Of a stretch of DNA of 64,000 bases, positions 1 through 9,932 are shown in pieces; position 1 is the first letter of the stretch, and every line of letters starts with the position of its first letter. Source of the stretch: Candidatus Hydrothermarchaeota archaeon (GTDB lineage Archaea; Hydrothermarchaeota; Hydrothermarchaeia; Hydrothermarchaeales; BMS3B); the NCBI GenBank assembly GCA_015521565.1, contig WANX01000002.1, positions 7,308-71,307 on the forward strand, in the 5' to 3' direction. The position numbers were made by a program, and so were the translations under genes. Below the pieces are notes generated by a model. That model searched no databases. It was not told the DNA's origin and worked only from the letters and a program-made list of their open reading frames with translations.

Positions 1-1
1 G

Positions 2-550
2 CTCACCCTGGGCGATGTGAACCGCTCCTGGCGCTTCTTCGCCGGCGAGACAGGAAGCAATCTTATAGACAAGTTCAGCAGAATCTTCATAGAATCTGCC
101 TACTCCGGCGGAGACACCGCCGAGATAGGCGAAACGCTGGGGAACAGCTTCGCCAGGATGATAGCCCTGCGCAAGTTCCGGCGCCAGCTGGCAAGCAGCC
201 TGAAGGGTATGCTGTACAGCGCCATGGTGGGGATTTCCATCTCCATATTTATCATAGTCGCGCTGGTGGATTACCTGAGCAGCGGGATATTCGGCGGGGG
301 GAGCATATCGCTTGATGGAATAGAGTTCATGCCGGTGAAGTTTACAGCCGTGCAGCTTGAGATGTCCAGTGTTGCTGTGCTCGTCTGGATACTCCTTCTT
401 ATGCATGCTGCAATTTCAGCGGTAATAATAAAAATTGTGGACGGCGGGCACATGTACAATTCACTGGTGCACTATGTTACAATGCTCTGGATAGGCACCG
501 GGATAACCGTGGTCGTGCCGAAGCTCTTTTCACAGGTTATCCCTGTATAG
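2..550 (+). CDS. 3' part of a membrane protein; the ORF is open to the window start, so it is 5'-truncated. The hydrophobic C-terminal half fits a polytopic membrane protein, possibly FlaJ/TadC-like.
   Basis: The ORF runs to the window edge with no stop codon. Two or three predicted TM helices (FIIVALVDYL, VAVLVWILLLMHAAISAVIIKIV, MLWIGTGITVVV). The family assignment is weak. Confidence 0.3.
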   Translation, partial: LTLGDVNRSWRFFAGETGSNLIDKFSRIFIESAYSGGDTAEIGETLGNSFARMIALRKFRRQLASSLKGMLYSAMVGISISIFIIVALVDYLSSGIFGGGSISLDGIEFMPVKFTAVQLEMSSVAVLVWILLLMHAAISAVIIKIVDGGHMYNSLVHYVTMLWIGTGITVVVPKLFSQVIPV

Positions 551-882
551 CCGTCTGGCACGAAGCCGTTCCACGGAGAAGTAGTAGGGGAGCCAGAAGG
601 TGAAGGGCAGGGAGAGAATCCAGGTCACGAAGGAAAGCACCACCGCTCTCTCGTAGGTGTGTCCCACGATGATGTAGGCCCTGCTTAGAGCCAGGTACCA
701 CAGGTAGTTGAATACAGCCAGAGCGATGGCTACAAAGATGGGAGACTTCACATCCAGCTTCATGGACACACCCCGGGTGCTTCCTTAAGATTAGTCATGT
801 AGAAAAACATATTTTCTTTCTTTCGATAGATGAAACTCAGGACGTATCAACAACTTTTCACTTTTACGGTGCGCTTCGCCAA

Positions 883-893
883 GTTTTTTAAAG
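883..893 (+). promoter_or_regulatory. TATA/BRE-like element (gttttttaaag) about 30 bp upstream of the rpa start codon
   Basis: AT-rich octamer in an otherwise GC-rich intergenic region at archaeal promoter spacing from the ATG at 920. Confidence 0.35.
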
Positions 894-919
894 GGTGCTG
901 GATATAGGTGTGATGGGGA

Positions 920-2218
920 ATGAGAATGAGCCTGGATGAACTGGTCAGCAGAATAGCATCCGAAAGCGGTGTGGGTGAAGAGGAGATTCGCAGCCGTATT
1001 GAGGAGAAGCAGAGGGAGCTGGGTGGACTGATAACACCTGAAGGCGCCGCCCACGTTGTGGCAAACGAGCTGGGAGTTAATCTACTTACTGGCATATCAC
1101 GAAGCAGGGATATAAAAATAGAGAATATAATTCCGGGTATGCAGAGCGTAGATGTTGTGGGAAGGGTGAGGCGCATTTTTACCCCCCGGGAGTTTACCCG
1201 CAATGACGGGAGTACCGGGAGGGTGTGCTCTCTAATCCTCGCCGATGACACGGGCAGCATAAGGGTTGTGTTCTGGGGCAGAGATGTGGACAGGCTTGAT
1301 AAAATCCAGGAGGGGGATATAATCAGAATACGGGATGGCTACACCCGGGAGGACCTCAACGGTGAGCCGGAACTTCATATTGGAAGCCGCACCAGGGTTA
1401 TACTCAATCCTCCCGACGTGGAGCCGGAGCAGTTCCCTGAAGCGGAGGTTCATGTAAGGAAAATAGCAGAGCTGGAAGATGGCATGTCCACTGTGGACGT
1501 TCTCTGCAAGGTGCTGCGGATTTATGAGGTACGTGAATTTACCAGGGATGACGGAAGCTCTGGAAGGGTGGTTAATCTTGTGGTGGCAGATGAAACTGGA
1601 CGTGCAAGACTTGTGCTCTGGAATGATGATGTTTCGCTGGTTGAAGATGGTAAAATAGAGGTTGGAGATGTTCTGAAGGTTGTGAAGGGGTACGTTAAGG
1701 TCAGGATGGAGGAGCCGGAGATACATGTAGGCAGATTTGGCAAGGTTGTGCTGAATCCGGAGGGTGCAGAGGCCCTTGCGGAGGTTTCTGAAGACAGAAT
1801 CATGAGGGCCGAAATGAGGGAGCTTAAGCCGGGAGACAGGGCAGAAATCCGGGGCGCAATCGTGGATGTTGCCGAGGGTGTGAAGATTTTCGAAAGGAAA
1901 GAGGGTAAGGGTGTGGTTTTCAACGTGGTGATAGACGACGGCTCTGCGAATATGCGGGCGGCTTTCTATGATAAGCTTGCTGAGGCACTTCTGAATGTAC
2001 CTCTGGAAAAAATCCTGGCCGGAGATGCGGAGGAGGAGATAGAGCGGAGAAGAGAGGAGCTCCTCGGAAGAGAGGTTGTTGTGGTCGCAAGGGTGAAGAC
2101 CAGCAATTTTACGGGAAAGGAGGAGCTGGTGGTTGAAGACCTGAATCTGAATCCGGACCCCAGGGATGAGGTCAGACTCCTGCTTGATAAGACACGATCA
2201 ATTCTTGGAGGAAGCTGA
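920..2218 (+). CDS. rpa: Replication protein A (archaeal single-stranded DNA-binding protein with multiple OB folds)
   Basis: 432 aa with repeated OB-fold-like modules ([14 protein letters not shown]...; [20 protein letters not shown]...[13 protein letters not shown]). Sits immediately upstream of radA. Typical euryarchaeal RPA architecture. Confidence 0.75.
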   Translation: MRMSLDELVSRIASESGVGEEEIRSRIEEKQRELGGLITPEGAAHVVANELGVNLLTGISRSRDIKIENIIPGMQSVDVVGRVRRIFTPREFTRNDGSTGRVCSLILADDTGSIRVVFWGRDVDRLDKIQEGDIIRIRDGYTREDLNGEPELHIGSRTRVILNPPDVEPEQFPEAEVHVRKIAELEDGMSTVDVLCKVLRIYEVREFTRDDGSSGRVVNLVVADETGRARLVLWNDDVSLVEDGKIEVGDVLKVVKGYVKVRMEEPEIHVGRFGKVVLNPEGAEALAEVSEDRIMRAEMRELKPGDRAEIRGAIVDVAEGVKIFERKEGKGVVFNVVIDDGSANMRAAFYDKLAEALLNVPLEKILAGDAEEEIERRREELLGREVVVVARVKTSNFTGKEELVVEDLNLNPDPRDEVRLLLDKTRSILGGS

Positions 2219-2219
2219 T

Positions 2220-3149
2220 ATGGAGCTTGAAGAACTTCCCGGCGTGGGCATAGCAACCGCCGAGAAGCTGCGTGAGGCGGGATTCAAGACAGTTGAGGCA
2301 ATAGCGGTGGCTCATCCAGCGGAGCTGAAGGAGGCCGCGGGTATAGGCGAGAGCGCAGCCATGAAGATAATAAATGCAGCCCGTGAGTCCCTCCAGATGG
2401 GATTCATGACAGGAGTGGAGGTGCTGGAAAAGCGCAGAACCATGCGCAAGATAACCACTGGAAGCAAGAATCTGGACGACCTCCTTGGCGGTGGTATAGA
2501 GACCCAGGCAATTACCGAATTCTTTGGAGAATTCGGGTCAGGAAAGACCCAGGTGTGCCATCAGCTGGCTGTGAATGTTCAGCTGCCTGAGGACGATGGA
2601 GGGCTCGGAAAAACTGCCTTCTATCTGGACACCGAGAATACCTTCCGTCCGGAGAGGATTATACAGATGGCCGAGGGGATTGGCAGGGAGCCCAGGGAGG
2701 TGCTCGAAAACATCATAGTCGCCAGGGCATACAACAGTGACCACCAGATGCTGCTTATCGAGAAGGCAGAGGATATAATCAGGGAGAAGAATATAGGCCT
2801 TATAGTTGTGGATTCCCTGACCTCCCACTTCAGAAGCGACTATACCGGGAGGGGAATGCTATCCGACAGGCAGCAGAAGCTCAACCGCCACATGCACACA
2901 CTTCAGAAGCTCAGTGATATCTACAATCTGGCTGTGGTGGTTACAAATCAGGTGATGATGCGTCCCGACTTCTTTTTCGGAGACCCCACCGCACCCATAG
3001 GAGGGCATGTGGTGGGACACAGTTCGACCTTCAGGATATACCTGCGCAAGTCGAAGGCTGGCAAGCGGGTGGCGCGACTGATAGACTCTCCCAACCTCCC
3101 TGAGGGGGAGGCCATATTTACAGTAACTGCCGATGGTATAAGGGATTGA
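2220..3149 (+). CDS. radA: DNA repair and recombination protein RadA (Rad51/RecA homolog)
   Basis: N-terminal HhH ([20 protein letters not shown]), Walker A (GEFGSGKTQ) and RecA-fold core ([13 protein letters not shown]). Likely true start is MELEEL at 2220, inside the longer ORF that begins at 2166. Confidence 0.9.
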   Translation: MELEELPGVGIATAEKLREAGFKTVEAIAVAHPAELKEAAGIGESAAMKIINAARESLQMGFMTGVEVLEKRRTMRKITTGSKNLDDLLGGGIETQAITEFFGEFGSGKTQVCHQLAVNVQLPEDDGGLGKTAFYLDTENTFRPERIIQMAEGIGREPREVLENIIVARAYNSDHQMLLIEKAEDIIREKNIGLIVVDSLTSHFRSDYTGRGMLSDRQQKLNRHMHTLQKLSDIYNLAVVVTNQVMMRPDFFFGDPTAPIGGHVVGHSSTFRIYLRKSKAGKRVARLIDSPNLPEGEAIFTVTADGIRD

Positions 3150-3829
3150 GGATGATAAAGGCAGTGGCCATAGACATAGATGGCACCATCACCGATGAGA
3201 GGAGGAGGCTGAACCTGAAGGCTGTGGCAATCCTGCGCGAGCTTGAGAGGCGCGGTGTTATGGTGGTTCTTGCAACTGGCAACATTCTGTGTGTTGCCGA
3301 ATCTGCTCGCACCTTTATCGGCGTGTCGGGTGGCATAATTGCAGAGAATGGCGGTATCATAAAAGACCCGGAGATGGGGATAGAGCGATACCTGGGGGAC
3401 GTGGTTGAGGTGCGAAGGGCATTTAACCATCTTGCTGCAAGGTACTGTGTAACACCCGTGCCTATGTCGGAGCTCAGAAAGACGGAGGTAGCTGTTCTGC
3501 GGCGGGGTATAACTGCAGGGGAAGTGAGAGATTGCCTCAAGAATTTCAAAGTAGAGGTGGTGGACACAAAGTTTGCAATCCACATAAAATCCCCAGAGGT
3601 CAGCAAGGGCAGAGCGCTGGAGGAGTTGATGGAACTGAAAGGAGTGGATATGCACGAGGTTGCAGCAGTAGGCGACAGCGAAAATGACAGGGATATGCTT
3701 GCAAGGTCAGGGTACGGTATAGCAGTTGGGGATGACTCACTTAAAGATGTTGCAGATATTGTTACCCCTTCCAGGTATGGTGAGGGTGCGGTAGAGGCGC
3801 TGCAGCATCTTCTGGCACGGCTTCGATAA
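3146..3829 (+). CDS. HAD-superfamily hydrolase, archaeal phosphoglycolate phosphatase-like
   Basis: Motif I DIDGT ([10 protein letters not shown]) and C-terminal [10 protein letters not shown] motif. About 227 aa, the size of archaeal PGPase. Confidence 0.7.
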   Translation: MRMIKAVAIDIDGTITDERRRLNLKAVAILRELERRGVMVVLATGNILCVAESARTFIGVSGGIIAENGGIIKDPEMGIERYLGDVVEVRRAFNHLAARYCVTPVPMSELRKTEVAVLRRGITAGEVRDCLKNFKVEVVDTKFAIHIKSPEVSKGRALEELMELKGVDMHEVAAVGDSENDRDMLARSGYGIAVGDDSLKDVADIVTPSRYGEGAVEALQHLLARLR

Positions 3830-3896
3830 ATTTTTAAATGATAAATTATTAAGAATAGGAAAACGTGTTCAACACGTCCTCTCGGGATGGATCGCA

Positions 3897-4409
3897 ATGG
3901 AAAAGATAGAGCCCAATTACAGGGAGGTAAGCTCTGAGCTGGTGAAGGAGATAAAGCAGGAGCCCGGAGGTGAGTACATATCACGCTGTTACCAGTGCGG
4001 CACCTGTGCAGCCACCTGTGTGGTAAACCCCTTTAAAAACGACTTCAACCCCCGGAGAATAATCCGAATGGCTGTGCTGGGTGTGGAGAATGTGCTGGAG
4101 AGCATTGAACCCTGGTACTGTGCTGTTTGCTACCTCTGCACTGAACGATGCCCCAGAGATGTAAAGCCGGCTGCTGTACTCATGGCAATAAAGAATGTTG
4201 CAGCAAAGCACGGGAAAGTTCCAGCTGCCTTCAGGACGATAAATGAAAACATCGCCAGAATTGGCCGTCTTTTTGAGATAGATGACTTTACAAACTTTAT
4301 GCGGGAGGACATGGGACTTCCCCCAATAGAACCCCTTGAGGAGGAAGAGATAAGCAGACTCATCGCCGGAACAAGATTTGAAAAGCTCATGAAAGGTGAG
4401 GAGAGCTGA
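3897..4409 (+). CDS. hdrC: Heterodisulfide reductase subunit C-like (two 4Fe-4S ferredoxin motifs)
   Basis: CxxCxxCxxxCP motifs (CYQCGTCAATC and CAVCYLCTERCP). Located immediately upstream of hdrB. Confidence 0.75.
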   Translation: MEKIEPNYREVSSELVKEIKQEPGGEYISRCYQCGTCAATCVVNPFKNDFNPRRIIRMAVLGVENVLESIEPWYCAVCYLCTERCPRDVKPAAVLMAIKNVAAKHGKVPAAFRTINENIARIGRLFEIDDFTNFMREDMGLPPIEPLEEEEISRLIAGTRFEKLMKGEES

Positions 4410-4411
4410 AA

Positions 4412-5263
4412 ATGGGCGACGATTATCTCTACTTTCCGGGTTGTAACATACCCTACAGGGAGAACCAGTATGAACTTTCCGCCAGGGCAGTTGCCGAAAA
4501 GCTGGGCATAAAACTTCATGACAGACCTTTCAACTGCTGCGGGCTGAACACTGAGCCAGTAGATGAGTACGCCGCCCTGCTGTTCTCGGCCCGCAACATA
4601 GCGATAGCAGAAGAGGAGGGCATGAACCTGGTGGCCCTGTGCAATGGCTGCTACAAGACCCTCAGGGTGGCAAACAGAAAGCTGCACATGGATGAGAGAC
4701 TGCGCGCAAAAGTGAACGAGGGTCTGAGCAGAATAGGCAGAGAGGTAAAGGGTACGATTGAGGTTTACCACATGCTTGAGCTCATTTCTGACAGGATAAC
4801 AAAAGAGCACATGGTAAAAAAGGTCCAGGCCCGTATAGCGCCCTTCACCGGTTGCCATGCTGTACGTCCAAGCGAATATGTTGACTTCGGAGCTGCTGAG
4901 CGGCTGATGAAGATGATAAAGCTTGCAGGAGGCCGGGTGGTGAGGTACAGGGACATGGACAAGTGCTGCGGTGCTCCTCTTCTCGCACTGAGTGAGGAGA
5001 TGGGAATAAGTCTTGCGCGGCAGAGGATGCTGAGTATGAAGGAGCGGAAGGCCGAGCTTGCGGTCACCATGTGCCCCTTCTGTCAGGTCTCCCTGGACGG
5101 ACTGCAGGTGAAGGCCGAGCAGGAGTTCAAAGAAAGCTACGATATCCCCAGCCTCTATATTACCCAGCTTCTGGGACTTGCTATGGGTATAAAGCCTGAG
5201 AAGCTTGGAATAAACGAAAACAAGAAGGACCCCAGCGGAGTGCTCGCCCGGGTGCTCGTGTAG
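4412..5263 (+). CDS. hdrB: Heterodisulfide reductase subunit B-like (CCG-domain protein)
   Basis: Two Cys-rich CCG domains (FPGCNIP...NCCG...; FTGCHAV...KCCGAP...CPFC). Tightly linked to hdrC with a 2-bp gap. Confidence 0.8.
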   Translation: MGDDYLYFPGCNIPYRENQYELSARAVAEKLGIKLHDRPFNCCGLNTEPVDEYAALLFSARNIAIAEEEGMNLVALCNGCYKTLRVANRKLHMDERLRAKVNEGLSRIGREVKGTIEVYHMLELISDRITKEHMVKKVQARIAPFTGCHAVRPSEYVDFGAAERLMKMIKLAGGRVVRYRDMDKCCGAPLLALSEEMGISLARQRMLSMKERKAELAVTMCPFCQVSLDGLQVKAEQEFKESYDIPSLYITQLLGLAMGIKPEKLGINENKKDPSGVLARVLV

Positions 5264-5394
5264 AACCGCATGTCAGAACCCCTGTGCATGCAGAAAGCTG
5301 CCGGGTTCCATCGATAACTATAAAAGATGAGAGGGAACTAATAAGATATTATTGCTGTAAGCATCAAACCGGGGGTCGGGAAATTCCTGGAAGA

Positions 5395-6030
5395 GTGCTG
5401 ATAGTAGATGACGAGAAGGAAATTCAGAACATCCTGTGCAAGTTGCTAACAAAAGAAGGATACGAAGTGGATGTGGCAACTCTTCCGGAAGAGGCGCTGA
5501 GGAAGGTGGAAGAGGAGAACTACGATGTTGTGCTCCTTGACCTGATGCTCCCGGGGATAAAGGGTACGGACATCATACAGGAAATTCGGCGTTTCCGTCC
5601 AAACTGTGCGGTTATTATCATGACAGCCTTCGGTACGATTCCGAGCAGTGTGGAGGCCATGCGCAAGGGAGCCTTCGACTACATAGAAAAACCATTCAAG
5701 AAGGGTGAAATTCAGTATGCGGTAAAGAATGCGATGGAGCACAAGCGGCTTAGGAAAAAGTTTGGAAAGCGGGCCAACGAAATCCTCAAATCGGTATCAA
5801 ATCCCATCCGGAGGGATATTCTTGAGATACTTTTTGAAAAGGATGCCATGAAGCTGATGGAAATCGTCAAGTCGCTGGGGGTAAAGGACCACACGAAGGT
5901 GAGCTTTCACCTGAGGCGGCTCAAGGAGCATGAGCTTGTGGAGCAGAACGGAAAGAGATGGTACAGGATAACCCCCAAGGGTGTCAAGGTCCTCGAGGCG
6001 ATCTGGAACCTTGAGCAGGAATTCCTGTAG
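5395..6030 (+). CDS. Response regulator with CheY-like receiver domain and C-terminal ArsR-like winged helix
   Basis: Receiver motifs VLIVDDE, LLDLMLPG and the conserved Lys in EKPF. The C-terminus (PIRRDILEIL...SFHLRRLKEHELV) is a wHTH. The start is uncertain: a GTG at 5395 or the upstream ATG at 5284. Confidence 0.7.
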   Translation: MLIVDDEKEIQNILCKLLTKEGYEVDVATLPEEALRKVEEENYDVVLLDLMLPGIKGTDIIQEIRRFRPNCAVIIMTAFGTIPSSVEAMRKGAFDYIEKPFKKGEIQYAVKNAMEHKRLRKKFGKRANEILKSVSNPIRRDILEILFEKDAMKLMEIVKSLGVKDHTKVSFHLRRLKEHELVEQNGKRWYRITPKGVKVLEAIWNLEQEFL

Positions 6031-6086
6031 CCTCGGAAAGAGGACATATAGCCGGAGCCGTGAACTTCTTTCAGCAGGGTGGCCGG

Positions 6087-7361
6087 CTAATCATCGCCCA
6101 GATACTCCCGGGTAAGCCTCATTGCGCAGAAGCTGCCGCACATTGTGCAGGCATTGCTCTGCTTTGGCAGGCGCCGCCTCCGGTACTCCCTGGCACGCTC
6201 AGGGTCCAGGCAGAGTGCGAACTGCTTCTCCCAGTCCAGCTCCACCCTCGCACGGGACATCTCCTCATCCAGCTCTCTATCTCTCCCCCTCGCTATATCG
6301 GCGGCGTGGGCAGCGATTCTGCTCGCAACAACGCCCATGCGCACGTCCTCGACGCCTGGCAGCGCGAGATGCTCCGCAGGCGTGACATAGCACAGAAAGT
6401 CAGCGCCTGCATAGGCGGCTATTGCACCTCCTATGGCAGCGGCAATGTGGTCGTAACCCGGGGCAATGTCCGTAACCAGAGGCCCGAGCACATAGAAGGG
6501 GGCACCGTCGCAGAGGCGCTTCTCCAGCAGCACATTTGCTTCGATCTGATTTAAAGGCACATGCCCGGGACCTTCAACCATGCACTGCACGCCCGCTTCA
6601 CGGCAGCGCCTGACCAGCCTGCCCAGCACCATAAGCTCGCGGAGCTGGGCCTCGTCGCTCGCATCTGCGGTGCTACCCGGACGCAGAGCGTCGCCAAGAC
6701 TGAGGGTAACGTCATGCTCAAGGGCTATCTCCAGAAGGTAGTCAAAATTCTCGTACAGCGGATTCTCCCTCTGGTTGTGCTTCATCCATGCTGCCAGGAA
6801 GCTGCCTCCCCTGCTCACTATTCCGGTAATACGGGGACTCTTCTCAAGAGTTTCCAGGGTCTCAAGAGTAATCCCGGCGTGTACAGTCATGAAATCCACG
6901 CCCTCTTTCGCCTGAGCCTCTATAACCGAAAAGAGCACATCTTCGCTCATGTCCACAATGCTTCCACGCCTCGCTGCGAGCACTCCTGCCTCATAAATCG
7001 GCACAGTGCCCAGGGGTACCGGAATCTTCAGAATCTCCCTCCTTATCTTCTTCAGATCCCCGCCGGTGCTTAAATCCATTAGCGTATCAGCGCCATACTT
7101 CACCGCCACCCTTGCCTTCTCCAGCTCCTCCTCCACACTCACATGCTCCGGTGAGGTGCCTATATTGGCGTTTACCTTCACCCTGAGTCCCTCCCCAATG
7201 CCCACCGGCATAAGCTCCCTCCCTGCACTGTTCCTGGGTATCACAATCCTTCCCTTTGCCAGTCTGCGCAGAAGAATCTTCTCCTCTATTCCCTCAGCCC
7301 TGCTCACCTGGCGTACTTCCTCACTCAAAATGCCCCGCTGTGCCTCAAGCATTAAGGTCAT
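6087..7361 (-). CDS. thiC: Phosphomethylpyrimidine synthase ThiC
   Basis: 424 aa and collinear with ThiC throughout, including the C-terminal Cys cluster CTMCGSFCAM. Confidence 0.9.
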   Translation of the reverse strand: MTLMLEAQRGILSEEVRQVSRAEGIEEKILLRRLAKGRIVIPRNSAGRELMPVGIGEGLRVKVNANIGTSPEHVSVEEELEKARVAVKYGADTLMDLSTGGDLKKIRREILKIPVPLGTVPIYEAGVLAARRGSIVDMSEDVLFSVIEAQAKEGVDFMTVHAGITLETLETLEKSPRITGIVSRGGSFLAAWMKHNQRENPLYENFDYLLEIALEHDVTLSLGDALRPGSTADASDEAQLRELMVLGRLVRRCREAGVQCMVEGPGHVPLNQIEANVLLEKRLCDGAPFYVLGPLVTDIAPGYDHIAAAIGGAIAAYAGADFLCYVTPAEHLALPGVEDVRMGVVASRIAAHAADIARGRDRELDEEMSRARVELDWEKQFALCLDPERAREYRRRRLPKQSNACTMCGSFCAMRLTREYLGDD

Positions 7362-7403
7362 GTGTTCCTAATTCCAACCATAACTTTATAAATGGTTGTG
7401 GGA

Positions 7404-8258
7404 CTACAGCTCCTTCAGCACCCTGTAGACTACTGAGAAGTCAAGAGCATCCAGATTCTTAGGAAAAGTCAGGGCAAAGAGCTCCTTTGCAGTACTCCCC
7501 ATGAACAGCGGCCTTTTCAGGACCCTTGCCAGGTCCTGCAGATAGTGGAGGTCTTTGTAGATAAGTGCAGAGGAAAAATGTGTGGAGAAGTCTTCATTCT
7601 GCAGCTTCTCTCTTTTGGCGTTAAGGACCATTGAGTTGCCTGCACCGGAGGCGAGAATCTCCAGCACCTTCTCCCTGCTCAGCCCGGCGCACTCCCCCAG
7701 CACCACCGCCTCTGCAATGGCTGCCATAAAGGAGCCCAGAACCAGATTGTTTATCAGCTTCATCCTGGTGGCGAGGGTTGGCCTGCCCAGATAGAAGATA
7801 TGCTCTCCTATTTTATCAATATAGGGCAGCGCCATCTCATATGCCTGCCTGTCGCCACTCACAAGCACTGTTAGCCTGCCCCGGGATGCGGGCACAACGC
7901 TTCCGAGCACCGGAGCCTCAAGGTAGTGGGCTCCCTTCTCTCTGAACATACGGTGGAAGTCTGCCACCGCCTCAAAGTGGTTGGTTGTGGTGTCGATTAT
8001 AACCTTTCCTTCACACTCTCCGGAGAGGAGCCCGTCCCTGCCAGTAGCTACAGACCTGACAGCATTGCTGTCAAAGAGGCACAAGAAGACAAAGTCCACC
8101 TCAGATAAGAGCGAGGCCGGGCTGTCCGCCACCTCAACTCCAAGCTCTTCCGCCTTCTCTCTGGTCCTGTTCCATACCACAAGCTCCACGTCCTGAGAAA
8201 TTAAGCGCTTTGCCATCGCCCTGCCAAGGTTGCCCAGACCTATAAACCCTGCCTTCAT
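7404..8258 (-). CDS. NAD(P)-dependent oxidoreductase, 3-hydroxyisobutyrate/6-phosphogluconate dehydrogenase family
   Basis: N-terminal Rossmann motif GFIGLGNLG and the family's C-terminal helical domain. The start is set at MKAGFIG. Confidence 0.75.
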   Translation of the reverse strand: MKAGFIGLGNLGRAMAKRLISQDVELVVWNRTREKAEELGVEVADSPASLLSEVDFVFLCLFDSNAVRSVATGRDGLLSGECEGKVIIDTTTNHFEAVADFHRMFREKGAHYLEAPVLGSVVPASRGRLTVLVSGDRQAYEMALPYIDKIGEHIFYLGRPTLATRMKLINNLVLGSFMAAIAEAVVLGECAGLSREKVLEILASGAGNSMVLNAKREKLQNEDFSTHFSSALIYKDLHYLQDLARVLKRPLFMGSTAKELFALTFPKNLDALDFSVVYRVLKEL

Positions 8259-8346
8259 GTCTATGCCTCCCGTGTAATATATTCTATGCAATTAATAAAT
8301 AACCTCCTGGCATGGTGGCGCAGGCCGGACTGCAGGGAACCTGTCC

Positions 8347-8356
8347 AAATAACATT
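8347..8356. repeat. Left copy of a 10-bp perfect direct repeat (aaataacatt) flanking the AT-rich island
   Basis: An identical decamer recurs at 10445-10454. The two copies bracket the low-GC two-gene insertion. Confidence 0.5.
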
Positions 8357-8502
8357 TTCTCACATCAAGTGGCTGTGATATAGCCTGAAAGTATAGGCGA
8401 AGAAGCTGTTTTGTTTAAGAACCGCTTCCTACCAGAGCTTTTCGTTTTCCTTTTCAGGCTCTTTCTGAAGTTGATGTTAAAGTTATTCAGAGCAATACAG
8501 AA

Positions 8503-8513
8503 GGTTTAAATAA
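8503..8513 (+). promoter_or_regulatory. TATA-box-like element (gtttaaataa) about 30 bp upstream of the ATPase start codon
   Basis: Archaeal promoter geometry (TATA at about -27/-30) relative to the ATG at 8538. Confidence 0.4.
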
Positions 8514-8537
8514 CAATGCTTTAGAAATAAGATTTTG

Positions 8538-9932
8538 ATGATAAGAGCTGACCTTAAGAAAGTTGTTATCAAGAACTTCAAAAGTCTTCACGACTGCGAA
8601 ATCGATATTAGAAAGCTAAATGTGGTAGTCGGTGCAAACGCATCCGGAAAATCAAATTTAGTGGAAGTATTTAAACTCTTGAAAAAAATCTATGCCGAAA
8701 AGGAAATTAATCCATTTTTTGAATGGTGGGGATACAATAACGTCGTATGGCAAAGAAAAGAAGAACTGCCCATAACAATCGGACTACTTTTTGAAATAGA
8801 AGGATATGAGGTTTATTTTGAAACTACATTTACCGGTATTGGAGGAAAATTTCAAATTTTGAGAGAACTCCTAGATATTAAAGGTTATCTGAAAATATTA
8901 AAAGAAGGTGAATGGTTAACAGTCAAGCATAATCCTGATTTTATAGAAGATATCATCAAAAATTTAAAGAGATATAAAGCAGATTATGGTCTAAAGACAA
9001 AATTAAGAAAGAGAAAAATAAAATTAATGGAAGAAAGAAAGATAAAGGTAGATTTTGATATAAAACTTTTAGACATACTCAGATTACCGATTTGGGTGGG
9101 CGTTGGATATAACCTTATTGATAGGGAGACTAATAAAAAGTTTATATTCTCGTATATTTTTATCCCCACTACTACATCGATTAATTATAAAAAATTTAAA
9201 GAAGAATTTGAAAGAGTTGCAATATTATGTCCACGAATAACCATAAAAAAGCCACGTTTCCGACCAGAAAGTTCACTTTATAGAATTGCTTCGAATAAAA
9301 TATTTTCTATTTTAACAGGAATGTCAATTTTACTGCCGCTTAATGTTCGCTTAATGAAAGACCCTCAAACTCTTAGAAAAGAGGAAACACTTAAAGAAGA
9401 TGGGAGTAATATTGCCAGCGTATTCCACAGTATTTATATCAATAAAGGAAAGATTCCTGAAGAGATCTACCATCCTCTATCAATGCTCTTCCCTGATATA
9501 GAAGTACGTCCACATATCACGGACGATGGAAGAGTCATGATTAAAATATGGGAAAAAGGTTTAGAGCTTCTACCTCCAAATATTTCTGATGGATTCTATA
9601 AAGTTTTGACGATTCTTACTGCCATCTACCTTAAACCGTCTTTATTAATAATAGATGAGATAGAAAATTCTCTACATCCAGAAACATTAGAACTTATTTT
9701 AGACACTATAAGGAAAAGCGATGTCAATGCAATAATAACAACTCATTCTCCTGTTGTTGTTGATATGGTCGATCTTAGCGAGTTAATTCTTATAGAAAAA
9801 GATTCAGAAGGGTCTAAATTCAGACGTATAAAAGACCCTGATAAAATAAAGGAGTTTTTAAGAGAAAAAGGCATAACGTTTAGTGAAGGATGGTTATATG
9901 GGGATCTATTTGGGACTGAGGAAAAAGTATGA
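8538..9932 (+). CDS. AAA_21/OLD-family ABC-type ATPase, the ATPase component of a predicted defence module
   Basis: N-terminal Walker A (VVGANASGKSN) in a NFKSL...I.I..LNVVVG context typical of SMC/RecF-like ABC ATPases. C-terminal Walker B plus D-loop (LLIIDEIENSLHP) and the AAA_21 hallmark H-loop (IITTHSP). About 30% GC against ~60% in the flanks. The real ATG is at 8538; the ORF caller used the TTG at 8535. Confidence 0.8.
   Translation: MIRADLKKVVIKNFKSLHDCEIDIRKLNVVVGANASGKSNLVEVFKLLKKIYAEKEINPFFEWWGYNNVVWQRKEELPITIGLLFEIEGYEVYFETTFTGIGGKFQILRELLDIKGYLKILKEGEWLTVKHNPDFIEDIIKNLKRYKADYGLKTKLRKRKIKLMEERKIKVDFDIKLLDILRLPIWVGVGYNLIDRETNKKFIFSYIFIPTTTSINYKKFKEEFERVAILCPRITIKKPRFRPESSLYRIASNKIFSILTGMSILLPLNVRLMKDPQTLRKEETLKEDGSNIASVFHSIYINKGKIPEEIYHPLSMLFPDIEVRPHITDDGRVMIKIWEKGLELLPPNISDGFYKVLTILTAIYLKPSLLIIDEIENSLHPETLELILDTIRKSDVNAIITTHSPVVVDMVDLSELILIEKDSEGSKFRRIKDPDKIKEFLREKGITFSEGWLYGDLFGTEEKV

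Noticed and set aside
530-769. 79-aa hydrophobic minus-strand ORF at the window start
   Set aside because: It overlaps the 3' end of the partial plus-strand gene by 20 nt and has no recognisable family. It could be a real two-TM micro-protein, but the evidence is insufficient to call it.
5284-5394. N-terminal 37-aa extension of the response regulator (MHAESCRVPSITIKDERELIRYYCCKHQTGGREIPGR)
   Set aside because: Receiver domains begin directly with the hhhhDD strand, and this extension has no recognisable fold. An in-frame GTG at 5395 gives a canonical receiver N-terminus. The extension may simply be upstream non-coding sequence, so it is recorded only as start-site ambiguity.
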